A DNA stretch of 63,144 bases, filler included, from Choristocarpus tenellus KU-1152 (lineage: Eukaryota > Protista > Phaeophyceae), in NCBI GenBank assembly GCA_964200185.2. It is 9 parts of 9 records of this genome, joined end to end, with 100 filler letters (N's around TTAATTAATTAA, not from the genome) between each part and the next. Parts side by side here need not be neighbours in the genome. Positions count along the whole stretch, not along the records: positions 25,433 to 33,550 come from CAXNAD020005122.1; positions 33,651 to 41,779 come from CAXNAD020005100.1; 7 more parts are not named here. One strand, written 5' to 3'. Under the pieces are notes generated by a model that worked only from the letters and a program-made list of their open reading frames with translations, was not told where the DNA came from and did no database searches. How positions within the stretch are numbered: position 1 is the stretch's first letter; each line of letters starts with the position of its first letter. The position numbers were made by a program, and so were the translations under genes. Of the stretch, positions 25,433 to 38,859 are shown in pieces.

Positions 25433-27460
25433 CAGTCAATTTTGGGTCAAGCCCATCCTCAATGAAAAGCTCCATCCTCAATTTTTGAAATCGGCTGTTC
25501 ATTGCTGAGAACAAGCAAATCGACACATAAGAACAGCATCATCAGTCGACTGGACAACTGAGAAATTGCCACTACATGCAAATCGCAGATTGTGTTGCAT
25601 CCAAATCTGCCTCACCATGTGCACATCAACGGTACACCAGACATAAGTTCAGGAGTAGTGCATATAAATTATATTACCATTCAACACAAATTACAGCACA
25701 AACAGGCAGCCCAATTGGAACCAGAAGTTTCTTGAAAAAGTTTTGAAACATGAAACATGAAATGAAATAATAAGTCCAACAAACGCGCGGGAGTGAAAAA
25801 AAAACCCGGCAGACACCCCGCCTAGTTAACCACAACATCCATACAACCGACCGTCTGTGTATCATTTGTTGAAAAAAGTTCTAGTAGGCTGTGTCTACAT
25901 AGTCATATATAACTCACTTTTTCTGTTCCCAATATTACCACCATGGTTCCCAATCCATCTACAACAGCAGGCACAAAAAATATGTTCCTCAGACATGAAG
26001 CACCATTTGTAAATCCAAAACCAAAAAGGTTCGATCAACAAAGGTGCAATTTCTACCGATATCCATAACCAGCACAAACTCCCTCCATAAATAGGCTGAC
26101 TCCAACAACAAACAACCTACACATGCCCCTATTGTGGAACAGGACTCATTCAAACGCTTGCAGCAGTTAACATTGGCAGTGCTGCTTACCCTACTACAGC
26201 ATACCGAATCACACATGAATAAACAATGCAACCACAGTACAAACCCACATGCACCATGCTCCTCAAGTTTCATCGAGTCTTACTGAGCACCCCCCTCAAC
26301 AGGTCCTGTAAAGTCTACCATGTGCAACGCCTACGCTAACCAGACAGATGATGGTGGGCAAGACAAGAGACAATCAACCCCAACAAAATGAAGGAAGAAG
26401 GGAAAGCAAGCCAACAAAGCCTAGCCCACAAGGTAGCTGACAGGAAAGAGGACTTGACTCAACCTGTCAGGATCACATCTGACCAACAGCAACAATGATT
26501 TGGAAAGGACACCTACTCCTTCCATCTGAGTAGCTACACCTCTCAGGTCATACACGTAACTTCCAAAGATGCAACTCAACTTGGATAGGTCTCCTACATC
26601 TCCACACAAGCTGCCTTTCATCTCACATAGGTATCTCTTACTTCCTTCACTATTTGCTTTCAGTCAACTCTTCAGTTTCAGAAACTCACCACAGTCCCTG
26701 CCAACACTCCTGCCTCCACCTTCATTCCAACTCCCCACATCAGAGGTAGAAAAATCAGTTGTCTCTATTCAATAGCAAATAAATCAGATCACAAGAATAG
26801 GCAAAGAGTCACATACCACCAATGATACGTTCCTTAAATCTCTCTACTGTATGTCATGCACTGCAGATCCAAACATTGGGATGAGATCATCTCCTAAAAC
26901 AAAGTCAAAGAAGGAGAATTATCAACACGTACCCTCCACATTCCTGTTGAAATATTTCACACATATCAGGGCCTCTTGCTTGCATAGCTGTTCCTGCATC
27001 CAAAAGATACTTACAACAACAGCTCGCAAGTGATTGATGCATACATCAATCATACCACATACATGTCACTGCTCAACAGAAAGTCTCTATCTACCTTCCA
27101 CAATCTAAAACATGCATGAACAAACTCCAATTCAGAGCGACCAGATATGTGAGATACTTCTCTGTTAGACTATGTTTTCATTCCTGAGGTTTTCCTCTCC
27201 TCCCTCCAGACTTACCTAGCTCCTCCCCTGCACCCCATCCTACACTGAAGACATGTTTCTAGTGCTCTGGATGCTCAACCCTCCAACCCTGGACACAGAG
27301 CAGGAACACACCATCAACCATATCAAGACCAAGCATTACTCATGGTACCATCAGTAAAATAACTTCTGCCTTACACCTATAGTCCCCTCCCCCCCCTCCC
27401 CAACCTCACAGGATCAAGTGCAGAAGAGAGTTGACCCCTCAAGACAATCAACATTCTTGA

Positions 27461-30400
27461 TCAATAGCTAATAATCCCTGGGTCAGAGACGGCAAGCAGT
27501 CTTCGCATTTGCACTGCATGTGTTCGAAGTCGATCATCTACTAGAGTATCAGCTGAGGCAAGCCAAAGTGCCACATCACCACCTCGCTCACACCACCGCA
27601 CCACTTCCTTCCCATGGCTCGGACAAATATTGGCAAGTGTTCGGGCACATTCTCGCCTCATCTCCAAATCAGCTGCACCCGCCCCTCGCTCAGCAGTTGT
27701 TTCCTGCTGACCCACCTTGACTGCAGCCGCCAGCTTCAGAAGCCGTGGCAGGACACCAGACTTCACAATCAAGGCATGACACTCATCACTCTCTGAAAGG
27801 TTGGACAAGGCAAAAACGGCAAAAGCACGTGCCTGCGGAAGCTGACAGGGGGATGTGTCCATCACTACCTGGGACAAAGCAGAAACAACTTCAGCGGTTG
27901 CGAGCCTGGACCGGTTTTCCTCCCCTTCTGACAGTCGAGCAACCATCCTGGCCCCTTCCAAGTTTGTGTCCACTCGTCGATCTGTTAGCATGGCCACCAA
28001 GGGCTTTACACCATCCAGGTCATCCCCTGCAAGAGAGTTCCTACTACCCACATTCTCCACCATTTGTGAATTTACCATACTAGGGCCAGCAGAACGAAAC
28101 CAACCGATGCTAGACGGGTACGGAACAACTGGGTAGGGAATAACAGGATACCCAGACATCGCACCAGGTTGAGATAAGGCCTGTGGTGGGGTTAAGACAT
28201 TGGCATTGCCAGCGCGAGACAGATTTGGGGGCATAGAAACCCTCCGTATTTGGTTTGTGCTAACAACGGGTTGTGGCACAACCCTTGTTTGCTTAGACGG
28301 CCTCACTTCAAGGCCTCCACGCCTGAAGGCCTCAACAACATTGTTGAACGCTCCCCGAAATGCAAACCGATCTCCCTGAAATCACCAACAACAACAACAA
28401 AAAGCAAGCAGAAAACACAAGCGTGGAATCGCAGACACAAAATATAGAACGAGCGGAGGAGAGGACACGAAACGGCAGAGAGGAATGTAATAAGGAACCG
28501 AGTTTTTTTTTTTAAAGGCATAAATCTCCACACCAGCAACCGCATATCATAACACAGGTGGATCTCAAGGAGACAGCCTGGACACAATTCTGCCTTTGAA
28601 GCGCACCTGTCGCAACACGAAATTAACCAACAGCTTGTTCCCTTCACCCACACCCCCGTGTCCAGTTGTCCCACTTGTACCACCTGTGGTGTATGCCACC
28701 ACACGGAATTCAACAAAAGATCCATTGGAGTACTTATAAACCTCCCACCGACACCGCTGGGCGCTGAAGTCATAGTCTGCCCCATTTTCACTCATTGCAG
28801 AGCTAATAATCCTAGCAAGAGCCTTTGGCTCCACCCCAGACACGTAGAGGTGGGAGCTTGGCTCTACGCAAAATGGGGCTGGAGGCAGAGGCTCTGCAAG
28901 AACATTCGAAAAGGTGGTCACTGGACCTGTTCAGCAAACGCCATTCGAGGGTCTTTTTGAGAAAGGCATGGAGGAAAAAGAAATGTGTAACACTGTTGAT
29001 GCCACAGTTACGCTTGAGTAGCACCATTGAAAAAGGAAATGACAAACAGGATGGGGAATGTCAGTGGAAGTTTGGAACCTCTTGAGAAAACGCCATACTG
29101 ATTTGGGAAAGAGATTGGTGAAAAAAAATAACATAAAAGGGATGGTCAATACACAAGAGTTATACATGAGCAAGCAGGGGCTTCCCACTATCTCCATACA
29201 TGCATTGATACCATCACATGTCCTGTACACCAAAGCTTAGCGTGGAGGGAAGCAGAGAGATCACAGAGACCATAAGCAGATCCCTCCCATCCCACACTCA
29301 CCAGTCAGTGCAGGTCTTCCTTCTTCCTTAGGACCCCCAGAGGACGGCGTCACCACCGACTGCACCGAATCATACTCCTTCTGTACCCCCATTCCACTGC
29401 TCCCTTGAGGCCCTTTCCTTGGCACAATGGGGCCTGACCACGTTCCAGCATGCCTCAGTGGGGCTGGCATGGGCACTGCATCTGGTGCTCGATTGGCAAG
29501 TGACATATGCACAACATCCTCCGATGAATGAAAGGATCGATGACCTCCCACATTGCCAGTGTGGAGGGAAGCCCCACTAGTGCGGTGGACGTGAGACTCC
29601 GTAGCTATACTCCGATATCGCACCTCGTTGCTGGGTTGGAATACATCCCCCTCACCTGAGGGGGGCAGCATCGGACTTCCAGCCGGGACCCTGCCAACAA
29701 ACCCACCTGTTCCTGATCCCACGCCAAACGCCATTGATGAAAAGGTTGAGGAAAGCCCCGATACCCCTCCTCCTCCACTTGGGATTTTCTTGTACTTCAC
29801 ATCACTGCTCTCGCCATCGCCATTACATAAAAGAAAAAAAAAGGTATGGTACAAGTCTCGGTGGGAATGAATGCTTTGTGCGTTGGTGATCCAGACCTCT
29901 CGAGACAAACTTTTGTTTTTCGATTTCAGTATGAGGGGTTCAAAGCCAATAGGCTTGAGCATAGGTCAGGATATATACCTTACAGGTAACAGGAGGGAAA
30001 AATATAGAATCAACCAACAAAATTTTGTCTCCAGACACAAAACCGAAGGAGAGACTTATGCATTTCAAGCAATTTTGGGAGAGACTGAGAGTTGCTGGGA
30101 GTAGATTAGAAAAGATTAGCGTGACACTCTCATGACCTTGAGAAAAATTATTCCAAGGTGCCCAAGTCGATTGATGAGTAAGGGAACTACATTCACAACC
30201 ACGGGCGGGGAGAATACCTGATTGAGGGAGTATCTCATCTGCTGACCCTGCTTAAACAAAAATAATACAACCCCTATGAGGGAGGAACAAACAGACGAAT
30301 GAGAATCCCAGTACTCATGCGAAAATTTCAATGAAATCATCAAAATCTGTTTCACCTTTACTCTCCCTTGTTCTGTTGCCCTTTATTAGTGTGATGTTTG

Positions 30401-31230
30401 TACCTTTTACATTTTTAGAAATCAACGGGTACCCTGCAGTTCTTAACCTAAATACCCGATCACTATGCTTATTAAACAACTCTCTTCCCCCAAAAGTGTA
30501 ACAGAAACAGTACAAGCACTATGACTGAGAAACAGTCCAATGGGCATTACAGTACTCATGAGAGAACTTCGATGGAATCAATGAACTTGTTTATCTCTAC
30601 TCCCCATGTTCTGCTAATCTTTATTAGTGCATTGTTTTCAAAAAAAAAATTACACCTCGAGTAGTCACCCTACAGGTAGTTCTCGTCAATTAAATTCAAC
30701 ACCTGATAACTATACATCTGTTTTCTAACTCTCCCCCCCAAAAAACGCAACCGGTTTTTCTCCAAAGGAGATTCGCTGCTCCCATTCTCCCCTCCTGTCG
30801 CAACCACTGACGTCCTCAACACCCCTTACGAACTGAGTGACCCCCCCCTGCATCAAACAGGAGCATTACCTGGTCATTCCTCATCGAGCACAATACTCGC
30901 CTTATTGTTCAGCAGTGCTGAGTGAGTCCTGGGTGGGTGAAGGAGGCATCGACCCACTTCAACATTTCGCATTAGTACAGTTGGGTGTAGGTCTAAGTAG
31001 ATCTAAAACCACCCCTACCTGGGAGGTTCAAAGCCATATTGAGTTGGGATTGCATATCCTGAAGTGTGATACCCCATCCCTCGAAATCCCGAGCCCTGGT
31101 ATCCTGAGCCCTGGTATCCTGAGGCCTGAAAACCTGGGGAGAGATAGGGCTTACGGCCTTCCTCTTCTTCATCTTTCCTATCATCTCCTTGCCGGCGATA
31201 GCGCCCAGGCCCACCGAAGGGAGGGTCCAT
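27461..31230 (-). CDS. Complete 4-exon gene, ~649 aa: low-complexity N-terminus, KA1-like domain, C-terminal armadillo repeats
   Basis: Exons 31230-31019, 29804-29302, 28926-28607, 28375-27461 (GT-AG, phases 2/1/0, 1950 nt). ARM signatures GVKPLVAML, AVFALSNLSESDECHALIVKSGVLPRLL and RECARTLANI. Middle domain YDFSAQRCRWEVY..VEFRVVAY..LLVNFVLRQGDRFAF. Confidence 0.85.
30305..30745. repeat. Diverged ~240-bp tandem duplication in intron 1 of the ARM gene
   Basis: cagtactcatg..tgttctg..ctttattagtg..aactct..cccccaaaa occurs from about 30309 and again from about 30550. Confidence 0.55.
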
Positions 31231-33550
31231 ATGGCTCCGCAGAAAGGTCTGGGGTACAATGCCCCCCCAGCGGAAAGGGGTGACAACCTGATATCAGCTT
31301 CAGTTGAAGACTACAGCGTATGCAGATTGAACCAACATATATAAGCCTAAACATTGACTCTATTCACTCCGCCCTACTTTCAAATATTTACTCCATGAAT
31401 CATTCGTCCGTTCCACTTTATCCCATGTCCACCTACACAACCCTTACCAGTACCCTAAATTATATCGTTGGTCAAATACACTAAAAACCAGATAAATAAG
31501 CTGAAATTTACACATCCAAGAGATACAGAAATTATTTCGAGAACTCCCCTTCACGATATAAGTAAGGGCTGCGAGGCGGAGAGACGCCTCACCTCTCAAC
31601 CAGGTTGGTTGCCGTGATATTGTTTTTCTCGTCCACGCTCGAAGGGGCGCGAAGCCGTGATAACAACGAAACTTACTTCAGGCTGAAAGTGCTTCACCAG
31701 AGAGCGTAGCTCAGACGTGACATGGCCATGAGCCTAGCCCCGACCCCCTACGCTAACCACATGGTACTAATCTAACCTTCATAACAAGCACAAAAGCGGC
31801 GTCGTGGAACGCACTCCCTAACTTATTTATTATTTATATCCCTTTTTTTTCAAAGATCAAGAACTAACCAATGACGAGTGTTCTCAACCCTTCGAAAACA
31901 TTTTGTCTATATTCGCGAGACAACTTTGTATTTATTTTATGACAATGTTAAGGACGAACATTTTACAGATCTTTTGAGAGAGAGAAACAAGAAACGTACA
32001 ATACCCATGTATGATCATATCATTTGCAAGATGTAGAAAGCATACTACAACAACAATATAAGGTAAATATAGAATAAATGGTAGTACTATTTATTGCAAT
32101 ATAATGGTGAGTGAATAACAGATCAATCTGATTCCGTTCGATTATTCGGAATAGCTAAACAAAAAATACTCCCCGTTCACCATTTTTGTCACGATACAAC
32201 TATTCGAAAAGTCACACTAAAATATGTTCAAGGTCGTCACAGAAGAACCGTTCTATACCCATATTCACGGAGAATTATCACCACCCCCAACTCACCACCT
32301 CTAATCACTTTGGATTTGCATATTGAGAAGTGTGAGGTTTTGCGTTGGATGTTGTGCTATGACGACATTATTTCAATTCCATTCAATGAGATAACCAGTT
32401 TAGTCGCAGTTAGTTATAAATTATTTCAGTTCACAACAACAATGAACACATTGAGACGTATCGACTTACAAGGATTTCTTTCTTGAATACTTCGGTCTTC
32501 CTGACACGATCTTGTCCCTCAACCCAAAAACTCAGGTATAACCCCACAAAAATAAAGTCAGCCAGTCAAACGTGAGGGGGGGGAACGTGGGTGTTCTATA
32601 TCATTCATCACAGAATGTATCAGTTTGAGAGTATACTAGGGAGATAAAAGAAGGGCGGGGGGGGACTGTTCCAGCTGTGAACCTTCGAAGCAAGACAAGA
32701 AAAGGGTACACCATGGAGTGGAGCGGAGGGAGTGAAGAAGGTGGAGCAGTTGCCAAGGTGGAACACTGTGCCAGCTACAAACCCACAGAATAAGCCAAGA
32801 GAAAGGCAACCAACCCGGATTGAGGGTAAAGCAGTCACGTGGACTGGGATAGTGTTTGCCACAGAGAATTGTGTTAGCTGGACATTCTAGGATAGGTTGA
32901 ATGGGGGGAGGGTAAAGGGGGGAAACAGCAAAAACGAAAGAGAGGTATTTGTTGTACAGAAGCAAGATGATGTGTTACAGGCAATATGTCTTGATGGCGG
33001 TTTCATAAACACCACTGACTGTGTGGAGTCTTAGATTTGATATATGTGTACTTCTTGACTATTTATTTATTATTTGGTCATCATGGTCCCCGATTGTGAT
33101 AAGACATCGTTGACAGTTCCTTTTTATACATGATATTGATGATAATCCAAGTGAGAGACCCAGCATACTTGATGACTTATGCATCAGTATCATCTATAGG
33201 CCTGTAGATTGGAGCCATACATCCTGTGGAGGTAAACTTCTGGAGCGTGCTGTAACATGGAGGTCCTACAGCCTCTCTTCAAACCGGAGAGAATACTCAG
33301 CATTCACCTCAACACTTGGGATTCCTTGTAGCTTCCTACGTTCATTTGGCTATTTTTTCCTATCTGGGTTTGTAGTCTTCATTCGGCATCTACAGGGTTT
33401 TCTTCTTCTTGGCCTCAACGTCTCCGTGGGTGTAATGGCATCTGTGGCTCCGAGTGGTCTCTGACCGCCACATCATCCACGTATAGTCGTAACTGAGTGG
33501 TTTCTGACCGCCATGGTATAGATAGACGTTCGTTGCCTAGGTTGTTATCC

Positions 33551-33650
33551 NNNNNNNNNNNNNNNNNNNNNNNNNNNNNNNNNNNNNNNNNNNNTTAATT
33601 AATTAANNNNNNNNNNNNNNNNNNNNNNNNNNNNNNNNNNNNNNNNNNNN
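33551..33650. other. Artificial contig linker
   Basis: 44N-TTAATTAATTAA-44N. Confidence 0.98.
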
Positions 33651-33978
33651 CCCCCCCAGATACTTTGACCCTAATATTCAGATAATGTGTGTTGGGATCA
33701 TACCGGGCTATATGTGAGGGGGAGATGAGTGGAGAACCGGTTGTAGTATCCTGTGATTGCGACTGTTGAAATCTGTCGACACCTTGAAGACTGTATTGTT
33801 TTAGTTTTGTTATTCCATGCCAGTCCTTTCTTCACCCCAACTGATGACCAATGGCCCTTACCCTGCCCTCCCAACATAGTGAAACAGACAGAGTATATAT
33901 TTTGATTAATGAAGTGCCTGCTGTGTGTGGCTGGTTCTATCTACCCTGTTCTTTTCTACTTTTCCGAAAAATTTACAG

Positions 33979-36900
33979 GAAAAAAAGCTCGTCCAGCGAA
34001 AGAGGGACATTAACGTTTCACCGACATCCTTCTTGTGGAGGCCGTACTCCCCAGAGGGGTACTATTATGAGGTAGAGTATCATACGGCTAGGGCTTGGAT
34101 TTTGTCAGAGGATTGATCCATGGAATGCAATAATTACATAGTCCTGTCTCTAACATCACCTACATACATCCTCCTTGGGAACTCATTGCAATATTCATGG
34201 TGATCACAGGTTGTGGAATGTGGACGCCGCCTGATCTTGACTAGTATCATGGTGTTCATATTGCCCAACACTTCTGGACAGGTGGCCATTGGGTGCATCT
34301 TTGCATTTGTCAGGTACATTGTATGTAACAGGTGTGGTATAGGGGTGTATAGTGCATCTAGAGTCCATCTTCCATGCTCACTTCACTTTGTCACAGGATT
34401 AAGATGCAAGGTTTATGGTTGAATAGAATGTACTCCGAATTAGGGTATTATATTATACTCTTCCCTCCTCGCTTTTTTTTTGTTTGAGTTGACTTTTCGT
34501 AGCTGTCTCGTAAGCAGGGAGGGGGTAGGTTTTATCGAGATACACTGTTTTGTAGGACTTTTTTTTTCAAAAAGACGATTTAATTGCTACGGAAAAGGAG
34601 AAAAGTGGAAGGCAAATCGAAGGCTAGGATGTGTGGTCTAATGTGATCATGGTGTTTTTTACCGATTACTAGAAATGCTTCTGTTCTATTGTTCCTTTCA
34701 CCCCTCTAACAATACTTTTTATTCTGTAACAGTCTTTTAACAGAAGTAGTGCATCATCGCGATCCCATCTCTTGGCATTAACTCATACCTCTAAGCTCTA
34801 TTCAATGAACCACTAGATCGCACTGACCCTGGCTAAAATCTTGCGCGTGCACACACAGCCTGGCCGTGTTTGAGCTCCTGCGTCCTCACCTGAACCACAT
34901 CGACCGATCACTCTACCGTACAGTGAGTAAATATGCAGCGTTTTCTCGACTGTGAATCGGATTCCGTGTGGGGGAGAGGGAAGGAAGGGGATTTTGGGGA
35001 ACCTTCTGAACTATAGAATCAGTTCTTTTGCCACATGAGGTATTGCAAATGGGGGCACATGTTGATTGCGATGATGAGGAATAACTGACAGACTCGAAAT
35101 CCATCATGACCAGTGGGTATTACTCCACAGGCACAACTGGACTGTTTCGTGTCTATGGGATAAAATCCGTAAGAACCGAACAAGTCAAACAGTAAACCTG
35201 GCTCCCTGAATCGGTCAATGTCCAAAGATACTATAAATTTGTGGGAAAACTTATTGATCAATCGTGGAAAGTGTTCTTGGGGAAGTGTCCGCCCACGAGT
35301 TTGCTTTTGTTATTCCGTCCCCCTTTTGAGTTTGCTTTATTTTTTGTTTCGGACAGGCAGGTCACCTCCCCCTCTGTCAAGTACATATTACTTCAGAACT
35401 CTAAACATATATTACCTTCCCGCCTCCCCACTTGATTACGAACACCAAAAACTATGGTGATAATGTCGACAACAACACAAAGGGTTGTTTCGTAATATTC
35501 TTCACCAATTTTCTGGCGTTGTTGATCAAAGCGGAGGTGGCTGATGCAGACTCTGGGAGCAGTGAGGTTTATTCTGTCCTCCTCATCATTGTGAATGGCT
35601 TGTTGCTGCTCTCCATTTGGTGGCAGATGTGGGTGACTCTCACGGCTATGTTTAGCCCTGACCACCTCCAGGACACAGTGCTGGGAATTGACATCATGGA
35701 CAGTGCAGGCATCCGCAACATATTTGGTAACAGGCAAGGGTAAAGGTAGTCCTAAATACGGTAATTCTTTGCAGCAGACAAAAGGAGGGAAAACTATGCA
35801 TACATGTGCAAGATACTGTAGTATGTTGTCTGAAGTACCAAGGGAGGGGTTGTGAGGAGGAGTACGTATTGAAGGAGTTGTGAGTGCTTTCCTGTCGAAA
35901 AAACGATCTTTGGCATGATGGTATATTACCGTGATACACTGTTTCTGTTCTTACCATGTCCATTGTTTTGCAACTCACGGTACTGTTTGTAATGGTTTTC
36001 ATTACATTGCCAATCCACTTCACTGACCTGCTCTGTACTGTCAATTACTCCAGTTCCTTGCAGTTGAGTAAGGAGACGATCTTTTAGTCAAAATACCTTA
36101 GTGGGTAGAACCGCGTCCGTTTGGGGTCCAAAATCCAATGTTTCGATTTTGATGCAATTTTGACTATCGTGTTTGTTAGGAATTGTCAATATCCTTGTTC
36201 CGGACGCACCTTTTCATAGTGTATGCATTTGACCTACTAGAAACATTTCGAAGTAGGAAAATATCATAGAAAACCCGTGGGAAGCCAAGCCCCAAATGGA
36301 CAAACAGGGAAAAACTCGTATCCTCTCAGATACTTTCACTCTTTTTCTCACATTTTTTTCTCATATCTTACAACTCAACATTTTTTGTTCATTTCTGTAC
36401 TTTTTGACAAAGATCAGTTTACTCTAAGGGATGAGCTCTTGCGTTTTATCGCACCATACCGCTCTGTACTCACAAATTCACAATCATATATGCAGGTATT
36501 GTGTTGGCTTTCCGTGGATAGTTTTGCTGATACACGTTAGGGACTCCTGGTGGAGTACGTAATAGAATGGAGACCCAGAGATGGATATACCAGTGTATTA
36601 TTAAGTCGTCAGGAATTCTGTTTGTGCACTTGGTGTAGGACATCTTACCAGATGCTTTTACTTTTTGATGTCCAGTGATTGAGTGAAAGTATCGTAGAGG
36701 GTACGAGTTTTGCCCTGTTTGTCCATTTGGGGCTTGGCTTCCAACGGGTATTTTATAACATTCTACCTACCCCGAAATATTTCAGAATAGGTTATATATA
36801 AGTCATTAAAATGTGTGTCCGGAACAAGGATATTGACACTTCCTAACAAACACAATAGCCAAATTTAAATCAAAATCGCAACATTGGATTTTGGCCCCCA

Positions 36901-37519
36901 AATGGACGCGGCTCTACCCTCTAAGATAATTTGACTCATTAGTGTACTGTTCTTGATATGCTTGTCATATTGAAGACAAGTAGAAAAGTGGTCCACAAGC
37001 AGTTTGAGGGGGCGATTGCAACCCCAAACTATAGGAATAGTAATGGGTGCCCTCAGCTCTCACTAGGTCAGTCAATGGAATTGCGACTATAAGCTCCTTG
37101 TAGCATTAGTACTAATTAGTTACACCAAGTCAGATATTTTCCTCTGGTAATGTAGATTATTGAAATGCTTAACCGTGAGTCCAGAGTGGGATACTTCAAT
37201 AATGGTTGCACATGCCCTCTACTCAAACCATAACATTTTTATGTTTGCACGACAGTGTGCTGGTGCTGTTATCATTTGCACCTTGCTTTGAGTTGAAGTG
37301 TCTAAGAGAAGTGTATCCCCACCTTACTTTCAATGCTTTCCCTCATATCTTATATTTGTTGGAAGTAGGAAGGGGCAGAAGGTGAACCAGCATTCCGAGG
37401 GAGACAGTGCTGAACATGAAGGTGGAGAAGCTGGAGATATCGACAACAGAAATTATCCAGTTGACTCCACAGAGACTGGAATGATCAAATTGCTCGGGGG
37501 TGAAACAAAGAGATATTAA
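33979..37519 (+). CDS. C-terminal multi-pass transmembrane region of a large surface protein (brown-algal 'polymorphic outer membrane/adhesin-like' type); 5'-partial
   Basis: Exons 33979-34071, 34210-34313, 34859-34922, 35483-35739 and probably 37369-37519, phase-compatible. Motifs FLWRPYSPEGYYYEVVECGRRLILT, QVAIGCIFAFVSL, ELLRPH..D..LYRTGCFVIFF..FLALLIKA..YSVLLIIVN. Confidence 0.85.
36085..36341 (-). mobile_element. MITE family B (~258 bp, TIR GAGT(C/G)AAA(G/T)TATCTTAGAGGGTA)
   Basis: Reverse-complement homolog of 36681-36937 and 45998-46256. Confidence 0.9.
36681..36937 (+). mobile_element. MITE family B
   Basis: gagtgaaagtatcgtagagggta ... taccctctaagataatttgactc. Confidence 0.9.
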
Positions 37520-37920
37520 ATAGAAAAAGGGGTCATTATCGACGTAGTGAAGAAGGAGGTTGGGGGTGCAAAGAAAGAGGGCAATGGTGGCACCTTCCCC
37601 CCTGGAACCGCAGTGTTTGATAAGACTGATGGGTGAAAGTTCATACTCTTCTCCCTCTTCCTCTCCCACCCTGACAGCACCCAATGGCTGGCTGGTCGAT
37701 TGTTAGAGACCAAACCTGACAATAGGGATGTGAGAGTATGTGGTGATGAGTGGGAGATATTTTGGATGGATCGCGCGTCTCTTCTGTAGTAAAAGCTCAA
37801 CAGCTTTATCCCTGTCGTTTTTTCGGGTGTCTGGGTTGGTATGCTCTGAAGATTCTGAGTACAGAGCAATATATATAGACAGGATAAGTGAGAGGCATCC
37901 CATTTTTAGAGGTTGGCTGG

Positions 37921-38270
37921 AGGTTTCCCAATGTCCTTTTTTGGGTCTTGAAAATGTATCGCAAAGAACCTCATTTTCAAGCCCGTTTTGTATGCGACTT
38001 GGTTCCAGTTCAGTCAAATGTACAAGAAGAGCCCCCGCGAATAGATATCCTACCAATAACTTATGTTGGGTGTATGTGGAGGTCAACAGATGAAAGGTTT
38101 CCCAATGTGTCCTTCTTGGGGCTTGAAAATCTATCGCAAAATGCCTTATTTTCAAGCCTGTTTTGTGTGCAACCCTGTTCAAGTTGAGTGAAATGTGCAA
38201 GAAGAGTCCCTGCAAATGGATATCCTGCCATTAAACTGTGTAGAGTGTATGTGGAGGTCAACAAATGAAA
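37921..38270. repeat. Two-copy ~174-bp tandem repeat
   Basis: aggtttcccaatgt...gtgtatgtggaggtcaaca.atgaa starts at about 37921 and again at about 38095. Confidence 0.85.
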
Positions 38271-38859
38271 CCCATGCCGGGCATTTTTTGGAGTATGTTG
38301 TCATGGGTTGGTGATATTTCTGTTTGAGGAAAATATAAGTGTCTCTGTTATGGATTGGCATAAATGCCCACCTGGTAGGTGTGCATGATATGACAAACAC
38401 TGCAAAAAAAATGATACGATGAACTAACCACATGTGTCGGAGCAGTCTCTTAACCAGAATTTCTAGGGAGGTGAAGTCACACCAGAAAAGCTAGCGCACC
38501 AAGAAATTGAAGTAGTGAAGCTTCCTTGCCCTTGCTCACCTCCACCCTTTTGTTTCATCTGATTGCTTACTTTTGATAGAGTTATTTCCTGCATTTCTTT
38601 TTCTTCGAGATGCCGCATCTCTCTGGTTGCACTGTGTATCGATTTGACGTAACACAATTTCACCTCTCATGTACACTTGCTTCGATGAGAGATTTTGAAA
38701 TATGCAGATTTGCTCTGTGGACTGCTACTTATGAAAGTAGTGAAGACCTGACCAGGATGGAGTCAGGAGAAGGAGGTGGGAGCCTCATACGATCCCCTTG
38801 CTTTGGGCCACAATTGCATTTACTCTCCACAATCAAATAATATGTTCTGAGGGTATATG

